64,000 nucleotides of DNA from the human T2T-CHM13v2.0 reference genome, Homo sapiens, in NCBI RefSeq assembly GCF_009914755.1, contig NC_060928.1. One strand, 5' to 3'. Both the position numbers and the translations under genes were made by a program. Under the pieces are notes generated by a model. That model had not been told where the DNA came from and made no database searches. It saw only the letters and a list, made by a program, of their open reading frames with translations. Shown piece after piece: positions 33,075 through 45,263 of the stretch (position 1 is the stretch's first letter; each line of letters opens with the position of its first letter).

Positions 33075-34500
33075 ATGAAGATTTTTCATTGGTTTGGGCG
33101 TTTCTGGAGTTGGTTGCTTAATAGGATTAGAACCCAAAATGGTGAGAACTCTACTTCGAATAGTATGGAGAAGATTGATAGTCCTTGGCGTAAACTGTTT
33201 AGAGATTTATGCAAAATAAATGCATTTGACACTTCTGATTCATCGCTCATGAGAGGCAAGGGGTTTAGTGACTCTATATATAATACCTTTGACCATATGT
33301 GGAGAATGAAGGAACATAATAAAGCTGGCTGGTTACTCCTAAGTTCAGTGGACAAAGTGATGAAAGAAAATGAGGAACTCAGAGATTCTATCCACTGGCT
33401 TTAGAAGCAGATACTAACCCTCAAATCTGCTAAGACTGCCCCGAGTGAGTCTTACCTCCTGTAAAGAAAGAGTTGAAATTGTGGAAAAGCAGACACAAGC
33501 TCTTATCATGCTAGTCACTGATCTGCAGTGAAAGGTGCATGCACAGCCTCGCCAGGTGTCTACTGTTAAAGTGAGGGCATTAATTGGAAAAGAATGGGAC
33601 CTTGTAACTTGAAATGAGAACATGTGGGAGGACCCTGATGAAGCTTGGGATGCTGAGTTTGTAAACTCTGATGAAGCTTTTTTGCCAGAAGAAGCACCTT
33701 CCCCATTCCCAGTAGTGGCAACATCCCCTCCCTGACCCATGCTGCCATCAGTCTTTCCACCTTTGTCTGAGGAGATAAGCCCTGTGCTGCCTGAGGCAAC
33801 AGTGATGGCCTCTCCTGAGGCAATTGCCAGGCAAGATGATGTTGAGTCTCCTCAGGAGCAACCCCCAAAACCCCTTTTGCTTCTAGACCTATAACCTGAC
33901 TAAAGTCCCAGCAGGCCCCTAGAGATGAGGTTGAGAGTGTGGCCCATGAGAAGGTGCACTACACTAGAAAAGAACTGTTTGAGTTCTGTAATTTATATAA
34001 ACAGAAATCTGGAGAATAGGAATGGGAATGAATATTAAGGGTGTGGGATAATGGTGAAAAGAACATAGAGTTGGATCAGGCTGAATTTATTGATTTGGGT
34101 CCATGAAGTAGAGACCCTGTTTTAATATTGCAACTTGGGGAGTTAAAAAATGTTCTAATAGTTTATTTGCCTGGTCTGCTGAATTACGGATTAAAAGATG
34201 GCCCACTGAGAAAGCTGGAAATGCCTGATCTTAAGAGTTGGGATGGTGGAGTGGATTGGTCACTTTAGACCTACTCATCCCAGCTGGGAGGATCCATAAG
34301 ATATACCATTGACCTATACCTTACTAAATAATTTGTGAGGGCAGCACCTGCATCTCTGAAGAGCCCTGTAATTGCTCTTCTCTGCATGTCAGATCTAACA
34401 GGGGGAACCACAGTCACTCAACTATGAAATTTAAATACAACAGGAATAGTAGGATCCTGAGGTGGCAGGGACCAAATGGTGGCACTCAACCATCAAAGGC
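33075..34500 (+). pseudogene. gag: HERV-L gag, 5' part, with stops and frameshifts; resumes at 41147-41421
   Basis: ORF 33075..33404 (SPWRKLFRDLCKINAFD...GWLLLSSVDKVMKENEELRD) and ORF 41044..41421 (ELWHWLINQSVPRSEID). Confidence 0.85.
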
Positions 34501-34965
34501 TGTAGGGGTTCAGTCAGGATGGTGGGGAAAATTATAAAATAAAACACAGTCCTTCTTGTAAGGCCCAAAGTTTTTGCATAGCTTCAGATAGTTTGGCTGA
34601 AGGCAGCCCAATTCTCTTTAAGCTATAGCAAGGGTAATTAACATAGGAATGTAGAGAAGTCTATCTAAATAGCTTCTTTACTCATGTGGTTCTAAAACCT
34701 TTGATCATTTGCAGGCAGTAAGGTACTATGGTGCTCTCCGGAGGGGAAGGAGATCAGGTTGATTACCCTCTAATGGTGTTTACTTGAGACTTTTGTCACC
34801 TAATGTGTGCTGAATAAATGCCAGGAGGGCCAGCGAGTTGGGGCTGGGGCCAAGGCTGACAGCACTCTCCTTAAAGTCTGTAAGTTGCCAGGACCCTTGG
34901 CCTGACTGACAAGCAGAATATCTTTGTCTATATACGTTATTCATCTGTTGTTTGAGTCAGGGTCT
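34501..34965 (+). mobile_element. LTR22 5' LTR, last ~18 nt and PBS deleted
   Basis: Aligns with 40664-41141 up to tgagtcagggtct, then jumps directly to gag-like sequence. Confidence 0.85.
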
Positions 34966-35076
34966 TCCCTCAGCCCCTCTATCTCTTGGCCAAAATAGCA
35001 AAGAGGAAACAGAGGATTTGCCTAAGCCCCCTCCTCCAAAAGATAAGAAAAAGGACAGGAGATACAGTAGAGCTAT

Positions 35077-36601
35077 TGAGAGGTGACAGCGTGCTGGCAG
35101 TCCTCAGAGCCCTCGCTTGCTCTCGGCACCTCCCCTGCCTGGGCTCCCACTTTGGCGGCATTTGAGGAGCCCTTCAGCTCCCCCCCGCACTGTAGGAGCC
35201 CCTTTCTGGGCTGGCCAAGGCTGGAGCCCACTCCCTCAGCTTTGCAGGGAGGTGTGGAGGGAGACGCGCAAGCAGGAACCCAGGCTGCGCGTGGCACTTG
35301 CGGGCCAGCTGGAGTTCCGGGTGGGCGTGGGCTTGGTGGGCCCCGCACTCGGAGCAGCCAGCCAGCCCTGCTGGCCTCGGGCAATGAGGGACTTAGCACC
35401 CGGGTCAGTGGCTACGGAGGGTGTACTGGGTCCCCCAGCAGTGCCGGCCCACCGGCGCTGTGCTCAATTTCTTGCCGGGCCTCAGCTGCCTTCCCGCTTG
35501 GTAGGGCTCGGGACCTGCAGCCCACCATGCCTGAGCCTCCCATCCACTCCATGGGCTCCTGTGTGGCCCGAGCCTCCCCGACGAGCACCACCCCCTGCTC
35601 CACAGGGCCCAGTCCCATCGATCACCCAAGGGCTGAGGAATGGGAGTGCACGACGCAGGACTGGCAGGCAGTTCCACCTGCAGCCCCGGTGCGGGATCTA
35701 CTGGGTGAAGCCAGCTGGGCTCCTGAGTCTGGTGGGGAAGTGGAGAGTCTTTATGTCTAGCTCAGGGATTGTAAACACACCAATCAGCACCCTGTGTTTA
35801 GCTCAAGGTTTGTGAGTGCACCAATCGACACTCTGTATCTAGCTGCTCTGGTGGGGCCTTGGAGAACCTTTATGTCTAGCTCAGGGATTGTAAATACACC
35901 AATCAGCACCCTGTGTTTAGCTCAAGGTTTGTGAGTGCACCAATCGACACTCTGTATCTAGCTGCTCTGGTGGGGCCTTGGAGAACCTTTATGTCTAGCT
36001 CAGGGATTGTAAATACACCAATCAGCACCCTGTGTTTAGCTCAAGGTTTGTGAGTGCACCAATCGACACTCTGTATCTAGCTGCTCTGATGGGGCCTTGG
36101 AGAACCTGTGTGTCCAAACTCTGTATCTAACTAATCTGATGGGGACGTGGAGAAGCTTTGTATCTAGCTCAGGGATTGTAAACGCACCAATCAACGCCCT
36201 GTCAAAACAGGCCACTTGGCTCTACCAATCAGCAGGATGTGGGTGGGGCCAGATAAGAGAATAAAAGCAGGCTGCCCAGCCAGCATTGGCAACCTGCTCG
36301 GGTCCCCTTCCACACTGTGGAAGCTTTGTTTTTTCGCTCTTTGCAGTAAATCTTGCTACTGCTCACTCTTTGGGTCCACGCTGCTTTTATGAGCTCTAAC
36401 ACTCACCACGAAGGTCTGCAGCTTCACTCCTGAGCCAGCAAGACCACGAACCCACCACAAAGAAGAAACTCCGAACACATCTGAACATCAGAAGGGACAG
36501 ACTCCAGACGCGCCATCTTAAGAGCGGTAACACTCACCGCGAGGGTCCGCGGCTTCATTCTTGAAGTCAGTGAGACCAAGAACCCACCAATTCCAGACAT
36601 A
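35077..36601 (+). mobile_element. LTR12C (ERV9) solo LTR inserted in the HML-5 gag remnant
   Basis: TGAGAGGTGACAGCGTGCTGGCAGTCCTC...CCACCAATTCCAGACATA; CpG-rich U3; 4-bp TSD CTAT at 35073-35076 and 36602-36605. Confidence 0.95.
35749..36235 (+). promoter_or_regulatory. LTR12C U3 enhancer tandem array: three near-identical 119-bp units plus degenerate units, rich in CCAAT (NF-Y) motifs
   Basis: ctttatgtctagctcagggattgtaaa(c/t)acaccaatcagcaccctg...gcaccaatcgacactctgtatctag recurs at 35749, 35868 and 35987; AATAAA TATA-like box ~36260. Confidence 0.85.
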
Positions 36602-37194
36602 CTATGAAATCCTGTCTTAGGCAAGCAGCATTAGAAGGGGAGCTCTTAGCCTTAGAAGGGTAATTCAAGAGCAGCAAGGCAATCAGGTATACAAACTCAT
36701 TTCTCTTAATGCTTATAAAAAGGTAAGAAAAAGTATTAGAGGCCGGAGCCGCACCAGTGAGCAGTAGGCAAAAGGGAAAGCTTGGCAGCAAGTAGCTTGC
36801 AAACCCAGAGCCAGCAAATGCTCCCAAGATTTCAGCCTGCAAGTCAGCGGTGGTGATGGGAACCCAAGCCCAGCGTGCTGGAGCTGGCCTGCTAGGGAGG
36901 GGCAGGAGGCATGTGCAAGAAAGTCTGCCTGGCCAGCAGCAGCTGCCTGATGGCGGCAGGAGGGAGTGGCACACACAGAAAAAGCGGCACAGAAAGAAGC
37001 AGTGCAGACAAGAAGTGGCAGCGCCTAAGCAAGGGCAAAGCCGCCGCCGCCACGGGACCCACCTGCTCAGCTCTCCAGCTCCACAGGCGGCCCACAGCAA
37101 AATTTCGTGTGTTCCTTGCATACAAGCAACACCTCAGATTATAATTCTCTGCTAAGATTTAAGTAAAATTTAAGAATTTGAAAGACCTTTTTCT

Positions 37195-38791
37195 AATAAT
37201 AGCCACTGTTATCTCTCTCTTACCCCTAAAAACAGTAACCTCTAAAGGGAGAGAGATTACAAAAAGTCCATGAGTTAGTTAAGGAGCAGTTAAAAGCCGG
37301 TAAAAATGGAAAGGTGGCAGTCTGGTGGAGACCACATAATTCAATCACTCGATATGTGTTTACTAGCACTCAGAGAGCTGAGATTAGGGCTATGATACTG
37401 GCCTTGGAAAGTTTTTCCACTCAGCCCATCAATATACTCAGCGATCCTGCTTACTCTGTTTATTTATTGCAGAACCTTGAAACAGCCTTAAGTCCACTCT
37501 CCAGCACCACCCTGTGTGCTCTTTTTCTTCGACTTCAGCAATTGCTAGATAAATGTACACATCCTATTTTTATCACACACATTCAAGCCCACAGCTGTCT
37601 GCCTGGTCCATTGGCTAATGGCAATGAACAAGCAGACCTACAAGTTATGATATCACTGCTTGACCAAGCCACCCAATCACATCAATTTTTCCACCAAAAT
37701 TGGAGAAACTTAACAATTTCAACTTACCCAGAGGCTGGCTAAACAAATTATCCTACAATGCCCAGATTGCCAGCTCACTGGTATGTCCCCTTCATCCACA
37801 GATGTTAACCCTAGAGGATTAGAACCTAATCAGTTATGGCAAACAGATGTTAAACACATCTCTGAATTTGGAAAACTTCAAATTGTAGGGGTTCACTCAG
37901 GATGGTGGGGAAAATTATAAAATAAAACACAGTCCTTCTTGGAAGGCCCAAAGTTTTTTGCGTAGCTTCATATAGTTTGGCTGAAGGCAGCCCAATTCTC
38001 TTTAAGCTATAGCAAGGGTAATTAACATAGGAATGTAGAGAAGTCTATCTAAATAGCTTGTTTACTCATGTGGTTCTAAAACCTTTGATCATTTGCAGGC
38101 AGTATGGTAATATGGTGCTCTCCGGAGGGGAAGATATGTACATGTATCCGTTGATACCAACACTCATCTAATTAGTGCACACGCCCTTCCTGGAGAGTCC
38201 ACTTGATATGTCATTAAACATCTTCTTTTAACTTTTGCATTTATGGGGTGGCCCACAAAAATTAAAACTGATAATGGTCCAGCTTATGCCAGGTCACAAT
38301 TTCAACAATTTCGTCACATGCGGAACATCCAACATTCCGCAGGCATCCCATATAACCCCCAAGGACGAGCCATAGGAGAACATGCCCACTCCACCCTTAA
38401 AAATATGCTCAAAAAACAGAAAAGGGGGAGTATGGACAACACTATTGGCACAAGCCTTATTTACCCTTTTCTAAATTTAGATGATGAATTTCAATCAGCT
38501 GTAGAAAAGCACTTTGCTAAAATCTCTCGATGCATAAAACCTGCAGTTTTATGGAAAGATGTAAACAGTAAGGAATGATGTGGTCCAAATGAATTGTTAA
38601 CATGGGGAAGAGGGTATGCTTGTGTCCACACCCCCTCGGGTCCTCTTTGGATTCCAGCACGATGTATTAAACCATACCATGGCATGGCTAGGACCCAACT
38701 CAGTACTGGAGATGAAGGAATTGACCCTACAGGACCTGCAGCCCTGGACGATGCGGTTTCTGCAGATGACACAAGCCCCAGACTTTACTAG
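37195..38791 (+). pseudogene. pol: HML-5 pol remnant: RT start fused to RNase H, then integrase interrupted by an LTR fragment
   Basis: ORF 37314 (STQRAEIRAM...PINILSDPAYSV...HIQAHSCLPGPL); ORF 38243 (KIKTDNGPAY...GIPYNPQGRAI); ORF 38594 (LTWGRGYACV). Confidence 0.85.
37884..38133 (+). mobile_element. Internal 250-bp copy of the LTR22 5' portion inside integrase
   Basis: Near-identical to 34501-34749; flanked by IN sequence ggaaaact and (aag)atatgtacatgtatccgttgatacc. Confidence 0.9.
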
Positions 38792-38794
38792 GAG

Positions 38795-40640
38795 ATGCTG
38801 AAGAGGACAACTCAAGAGGCGGAACGAATCCTGCTCTGGACACAAACACCATTCACCCCAGATAATTTGCTTCTTGCTATGCTTTCTGTTGTACATTGCA
38901 ATTCACGTAGGGTATTGATCCTTTTTATGCTCTTGCTTTCTCTGCAACTTGTACCTGCTACACTCTACTGGGCTCATATCTTAGACCCACCTTTCTTTTA
39001 CCCTGTCACCTGGGCAGACACTCCCTTCCCAGCCTATAATAATGTAACTGCTTGGCTAGGAGGGATAGATTTACCCCCAGTGTGGTCCCTCAATAATGAC
39101 ACACATTGGACTAAGGTGCCAGATAACACTACATATCACTACACTATCCTCCTACTGTGTGTAAGTTATAAAGGTTCTAACCCTTACTCTGTATCTGTCC
39201 AAACATAATTATGGCTACATCATGGCAAAGGAAATGCCTTAACAGCCTTAGATGCAGGTAGCCTCAAACCAGGTAATGCAATCAATGCCACTTTCCCAAA
39301 CATTCCTTTCTGTGGTAAAGGACAAAGCCCGGAAAGTAATGGATTTCACTTTAGCTGGGAGGTTTGTCACGGGGGACAAGCCTGTAGCCTCCAGTTAGGC
39401 AATTATAACATCTTAGACTGGGGCCCCCATGGCCATTTGCAGGGTAGCCTTACTAATGTCCTCATCCATCATGGCATCAATCACAGTTTTGTAGCCACAC
39501 CCCATTCCCCTATGATTTTGGCCAATGCGGGGATAGGATATCCCAGACCTCAAGTAAAGTCCATGCCATCCCAAGACACTTTAGGGTGCCTGGGACATCT
39601 TGGCACCTCCTTTGACACCTTGCATGGGATGTATCATAGTTCCAGTAACAACTATACTATAACCTTTATTCATAGTCACATTGATCAGTGCCTGATTTGC
39701 ACTATCCATCCATATGTTTTCCTTATGGGAACAGATATTTCTATATAACCCCAAAACATTGCATTTGTGACCTGGGTGCAGGGACAGGCTTGGTTTTCCT
39801 CATGTATCGCTAATTAACAACATATCTAATCTAAATATTACTAGTGTCATGGCATAAAGGAGACAACCTGAGGCATTCCTACCAGTCAATTTGACATGTG
39901 ATTGGCAAGGTTCTTCTGCCCTTGCCACCTTAGAACATGCCCTGTCCCAGGTCAGATACAAAAGATTCATATTTACACTTATGGCCTTAAAGTCTCAGCT
40001 ATAGTCATCCTAGCAACTGCTAGAGTTGCTGTGGCATCTATTACTGAGTCAGTATAAACAGCTGCCTTTGTAGATAGATAATCTGGCCAAAAATGCGTCT
40101 AATGAACTTCTCTTACAGCAGAGTATAGATAAAAAAATTCTTGCATGTCTGCAAGCCCTCAAGGCTGCTTTGGAATATGTGGAGGAGCGACAAGATGCAC
40201 TGGCAGTCCTACAGCAATTAAACTGTGACTGGGAGCATAAACATATCTGTGTCACTTCTCTACCATGGAATCAATCTATACATAGTTGGGATGAGATGAA
40301 ACAATACCTCTGGGAAACCTTTCATGATAATTTAACAGCAGACATAAAGCAACTTAAAACTAAAATTTTAGAATCTCTTCACACTATAGATTTACACACC
40401 CAACAAATAGCCATATGGAAGGGTGTGCAAGATCATCTTTCCCGGTTAGACCTCTGCTCCTGGGGATCACTCTTTGACTGGAAAAGAATGTTGCCAATTT
40501 TACTCATGATTGTCTTAAGTTACTTACTGATTCTAGGATGCAAAGCTGGAGTAAGAGCAATGACCACCACATCTGACAAACCTGTTGCTGCATACGTCTG
40601 CACTCTCCAATCAATCGCTCTCCAATCAATAAGACCTGAT
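38795..40640 (+). pseudogene. env: HML-5 env (leader, SU, TM) with stops and frameshifts
   Basis: ORF 38795 (YWAHILDPPFFYPVTWAD) and ORF 40170 (QQLNCDWEHKHICVTSLPWN plus hydrophobic anchor), typical of betaretroviral env. Confidence 0.85.
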
Positions 40641-40663
40641 GCAGAAAACAGAAAAGGGGGAGA

Positions 40664-41141
40664 TCTAGGGGTTAAATCAGGATGGTGGGGAAAATTATAA
40701 AATAAAACACAAACCTTCTTGGAAGTCCAAAAGGTTTTTTGCATAGCTTCAGATAGTTTGGCTGAAGGCAGCCTAATTCTCTTTAAGCTATAGCAAGGGT
40801 AATTAACAGGAATGTAGAGAAGTCTATCTAAATAGCTTGTTTACTCATGTGGTTCTAAAACTAACCTTTGATCATTTGCAGGCAGGATGGCACTCTGGTG
40901 GTGGGGAGGGGAAGGAGATCAGGTTGATTACCCTCTAATGGTGTTTACTTGAGACTTTTGTCATCTAATGTTTGCTGAATAAATGCTAGGAGGGCCAGTA
41001 AGTTGGGGCTGCGGCTGACAGCATTCTCCTTTGAGTCTGTAAGTTGCCCGGAAACTCAACCGGACTGACAAGCAGAATGTCTGTGTTGGTGTACGTTATT
41101 CATCTGTCATTGAGTCAGTATCTGCAGAACAGACCCCAGCA
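40664..41141 (+). mobile_element. LTR22 3' LTR
   Basis: Follows the polypurine tract; AATAAA ~40978; ends cagaccccagca. Confidence 0.88.
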
Positions 41142-41421
41142 AAAGCAAGGTGGGAGGAGCTACCATAATGGACAGCAGAGGCAAAGCAGCAATCAGAATA
41201 GTCTGACTTGTGTAGAGCTCTGGCATTGGCTAATTAATCAAAGTGTTCCTAGAAGTGAAATTGATAGTAAGCTTACTGTATTCCTACTTAACTTATATAA
41301 GCAGAAAGCTTCTAGGTCAGATGAACAAAAGACTAATTTGAATTATAAAAACAGAGAATCATGGCCTCTCAATCAATTTCCAGACAGGAGCCAGTGTACA
41401 GACCCCAAACCCCTTGAATGA

Positions 41422-44400
41422 AGGGGAGGCTGGGTCCCCTTTAGGAAGGATCCCACTACACTACTGACAATTTATGCAGTGAATCTTTCTCCCCTCCTTC
41501 CCCAAGAAGATCTCTGGCCTTTTAACAGGGTGACTGTGCATTGGGGAAAGGGAAATGATCAGACATTTTGGGGACTACTGGACACTGCCTCTGAGCTGAT
41601 GTTGATTGCAGGGGATCTAAAATGTCATTGTGGTTCTCCAGTTAAAGTAGGGGCTTACAGAAGTCAGGTAATTAATGGAGTTTTAGCTCAAGTCTGACTT
41701 ACAGTTAGTCCAGTGGGTCCCAGACTCATCCTGTGGTCATTTCCCCAGAGTCAGAATACATAATTGGCATAGACATACTTAGCAGTTGGCAGAACCCCCA
41801 CATTGGCTCCCTGACTGATAGAATGAGGACTAATATGGTGGGGAAAGCCAAATAGAAGTAATCAGAGCTGCCCCTACCTAGAAAAATAGTAAATCAAAAA
41901 CAATATCGCATCTGTGGAAGATTTGCAGAGATTAGTGCCGCCATCAAGGACTTGAAAGACACAGAGTTGGTGATTCCCGCCACATCCCCATGTAACTCTC
42001 CCATTTGATCTGTGCAGAAAACAGATGGATCTTGGAGAATGACAGTGGATTACTGTAATCTTATCCAAGTTATGGCTGCAATTGCAGCTGCTGTACCAGA
42101 TGTGGTTTCATTGTTTGAGCAAATTAACATATCTCCTGGTATCTGGTATGCAGCCACTGACTTGGCAAATGCCGTTTTCTCTATTCCAGTCCATAAGGCC
42201 CACCACAAGCAATTTGCCTTCAGCTGGCAAGGCCAGCAATGTACCTTTGTACCTTTACTGTCCTTCCTCAGGGGTATATCAACTCTCCAGCTTTGTGTCA
42301 TAATCATATTTGGAGAGACCTTGATCACCTTTTGCTTCTGCAAGATATCACACTGGTCCCTTACAATGATGACTTCATGCTGATTAGATCCAGTGAGAAA
42401 GAAGTAGCAAACACAATAGACTTATTGGTGAGACATTTACATGCCAGAGAATGGGAAATAAATACCATTAAAATTTAGGGAACTTCTACCTCAGTAAAAT
42501 TTCTAGGGGTACAGTAGTGTAGGGCTTGTTGAGATATTCTTTCTAAGGTGAAGGGTAAGTTGCTGCATTTGGCACCTCCTACAACCAAGAAAGAGGCACA
42601 ATGCCTAGTGGGCCTATTTGAATTTTGGGGGCAACACATTCCTCATTTGGGCTTGTTACTCTGATGCATTTATTGAGTAACCCAAAAGGCCGCCAGTTTT
42701 GACTGTGGTAGTGAACATGAGAAGATTCTACAATAGGTCCAGGCTGCTATGCAAGCTGCTCTGCCACTTGGGCCACAGACCCAGCAGATCCAATGGTGCT
42801 TGAAGTGTCAGTGGCAAATAGAGATGCTGTTTGGAGCCTTTGGCAGACATCTATAGGTGAATCACAGCAGAGGCCTCTAGGATTTTGGAGCAAGGCCCTG
42901 CCATCTTCTGCATATAACTATTCTTCTTTTGAGAGACAGCTCTTGGCCTGTTACTGGGCTTTGATGGAGACTGAACGTTTGACTATAGGTCATCAAATCA
43001 CACCGTGACCTGAACTGCCTGTCATGAACTGGGTTCTTCCTGACCCATCTAGCCATAAAATGGGGTGTGCACAGCCCCATACCATCATCAAATGGAAGTG
43101 TTATGGTATATACGTGATTGGGCTAGAGCAAGTCCTGAAGCCACAAGTAAGTTACATGAGGAAGTGGCTCAAATTCCCATGGTTTCCACTCCTGCCACCC
43201 TGCCTTCTCTTCCCCGGCCTGCACTGATGACCTCATGAAGAGTTTCCTATGATCAACTGACAGAGGAAGAGAAGACTAGGGCTTTGTTCACAGATGGTTC
43301 TGCATGATATGTAGGCACCACTCAAGAGTGGATATCTGCAGCACTATAGCCAGTGTCTAGGACATCCTTGAAGGACAGCAGTGAAGGGCAATCTTCCCAG
43401 TGGGTAGAATTTTGAGCAGTGCACCTGGTTGTTCATTTTGCATGGAAAGAGAAATGGCCAGATGTGTGATTATATACTGATTCATGGGCTTTAGCCAATG
43501 GTTTGGCTGGATGATCAGGGACTTGGAAGAAGCATGATTGGAAAATTGGTGACAATGAAATTTGGGGAAGAGTTATGAGGATGGATCTATCTGAGTGGTC
43601 AAAAACTGTGAAGGTATTTGTTTCCCATGTGAGTGCTCACCAACAGGTGACCTTAGCAGAGGAGGATTTTAATAATCAAGTGGATAGGATGACCTGTTTT
43701 GTGGACACCACTCAGCCTCTTTCCCCAGCCACCACTGTCATTGCCCAATGGGCCCATGAAAAAATGTCCATGGTGGCAGGGATGAGTGTCATGTATGGGA
43801 TCAGCATCATGGACTTCCACTCACCAAGTCTGACCTGCCAGCAGCAGAGACCAAATCTGAGCCCTCGATATGGCACCATTCCTCGGGGTGATCAGCCAGC
43901 TACCTGATTATATGTTGATTATATTGGACCTCTTCCATCATGGAAAGGGTACAGGTTTGTCTTCACTGGAATAGACATTTACTCCGGATATGGGTTTGGC
44001 TATACTGCATGCAATGCTTGTACCATGACTACCATCCGTGGACTCATAGACTGCCTTATCCACCATTATGGTCTTCCACACAGCATTGCCTCTAAACAAG
44101 ACACTCACTTCACAGCTAAAGAAGTGTGGCAATGGCCTCGTGCTCATGGGATTCACTGGCTTTACCATTTTCCCCATCACTTGGAAGCAGTTGGATTGAC
44201 AGAATGGTGGAATGGCCTTTTGAAGTCACAATTACAATGCCAACTATATGACAATACTTTGCAGGGCTGGGACAAAGTTTTCTAGAAGGCTTTGTATGCT
44301 CTGAATCAGCATCCAATATATGGTACTGTTTCTCCCACAGACAGGATTCATAGGTTCAGGAATCAAGGGGTGGAAATGGAAGTGACACCACTCACCATCA

Positions 44401-44890
44401 CCCCTAGTGATCCACTAGCAAAATTTTTGTTTTCTATTCCCCTGACATTATGTTCTACTGGCCTAGAGGTCTTAGTTCCAGAGGGAGGAACACTGCCACC
44501 AGGAGACACAACACAACAATCCCATTAAACTGGAAGTTAAGATTGCCACCTGGACATTTTGGGCTTCTCCTACCTTTAAGTGAGCAGTCTAAGAAGGGAG
44601 TTACAGGGTTGGCTGGGGTGATTGATGTGGACTATCAAGATGAAATCAGTCTACTACTCCACAATGGAGGTAAGGAAGAGTATGCATGGAACACAGGAGA
44701 TCCATTAGGACATCACTTAGTATTATCATGCCCTTTGATTAAGGTCGATGGGAAACTACAACAGCCCAATCCAGGCAGAACTACAAATGACCGAGACCCT
44801 TCAGGAATGAAGGTTTGGGTCGCTCCACCAGGAAAAAATCATGACCTGCTGAGGTGCTTGCTTAAGGCAAAGGGAATACAGAATGTGTAG
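41422..44890 (+). pseudogene. pol: HERV-L pro-pol (protease, RT, RNase H, integrase) and downstream dUTPase, disrupted
   Basis: GLLDTASEL (protease); [30 protein letters not shown] (RT); HHYGLPHSIAS...EWWNGLLK (IN); IPLNWKLRLPPGHFGLL...AGVIDVDYQDEI (dUTPase). Confidence 0.92.
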
Positions 44891-45263
44891 TAGAAGAAGG
44901 TAGTCATCAATACCAGCTACAACTACGTGACCAGTTGCAGAAAGGAGGACTGTAGTTGTCATGAGTATTTCCTCCTGTTTTTGATAAAAACATGTTTATG
45001 CATGTATACACTTGTACTAGGAAAATATCTTCATTTTATTTCCTTTCTCCTTTGCCATGTGACATAAGATTTATTGACTTCACTTCAGCATTCAAGTATT
45101 CTTAACTTTATTTAGTAGCATTTGGGTTGGGGATTGGTGTGCCTCCAGTTGTATGAAGGATAGTTGTATTATGTTAGGTGTAATTATGACCATATTATTG
45201 TCTTTATTTGAAGATTATTATCTCAGGAAATGTGTATGGGTTCAAGTTGACAAGAGGTGGACT

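Larger units (their letters stand above)
34501..41141 (+). mobile_element. HERV-K(HML-5)/HERVK22 provirus with LTR22, internally deleted
   Basis: LTRs start TGTAGGGGTTCAGTCAGGATGGTGGGGAAAA at 34501 and at 40664 (after PPT aaaagggggaga). Betaretroviral RNase H, IN and env peptides. TSD aaggc/aaagc at 34496-34500 and 41142-41146. Confidence 0.88.

Noticed and set aside
35073-35815. Longest ORFs in the window (225 and 232 aa, plus antisense ORFs) as a novel gene
   Set aside because: They lie wholly within the GC-rich U3 of LTR12C, where stop codons are scarce; several frames on both strands are open and the peptides have no recognisable domain.
35749-36235. Regular repeats resembling a CRISPR array
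   Set aside because: No unique spacers; these are the tandem enhancer units of the ERV9 LTR in primate DNA.
38795-40700. Domesticated env (syncytin-like) gene
   Set aside because: env is broken into three short ORFs by stops and frameshifts, and the SU/TM cleavage region is disrupted.
41422-44450. Active reverse transcriptase system
   Set aside because: Multiple stops and frameshifts; the catalytic motif reads YNDD in a fragmentary frame.
44450-44890. dUTPase as a captured host gene or functional CDS
   Set aside because: A dUTPase after integrase is the normal HERV-L layout, and this copy is frameshifted near 44510.
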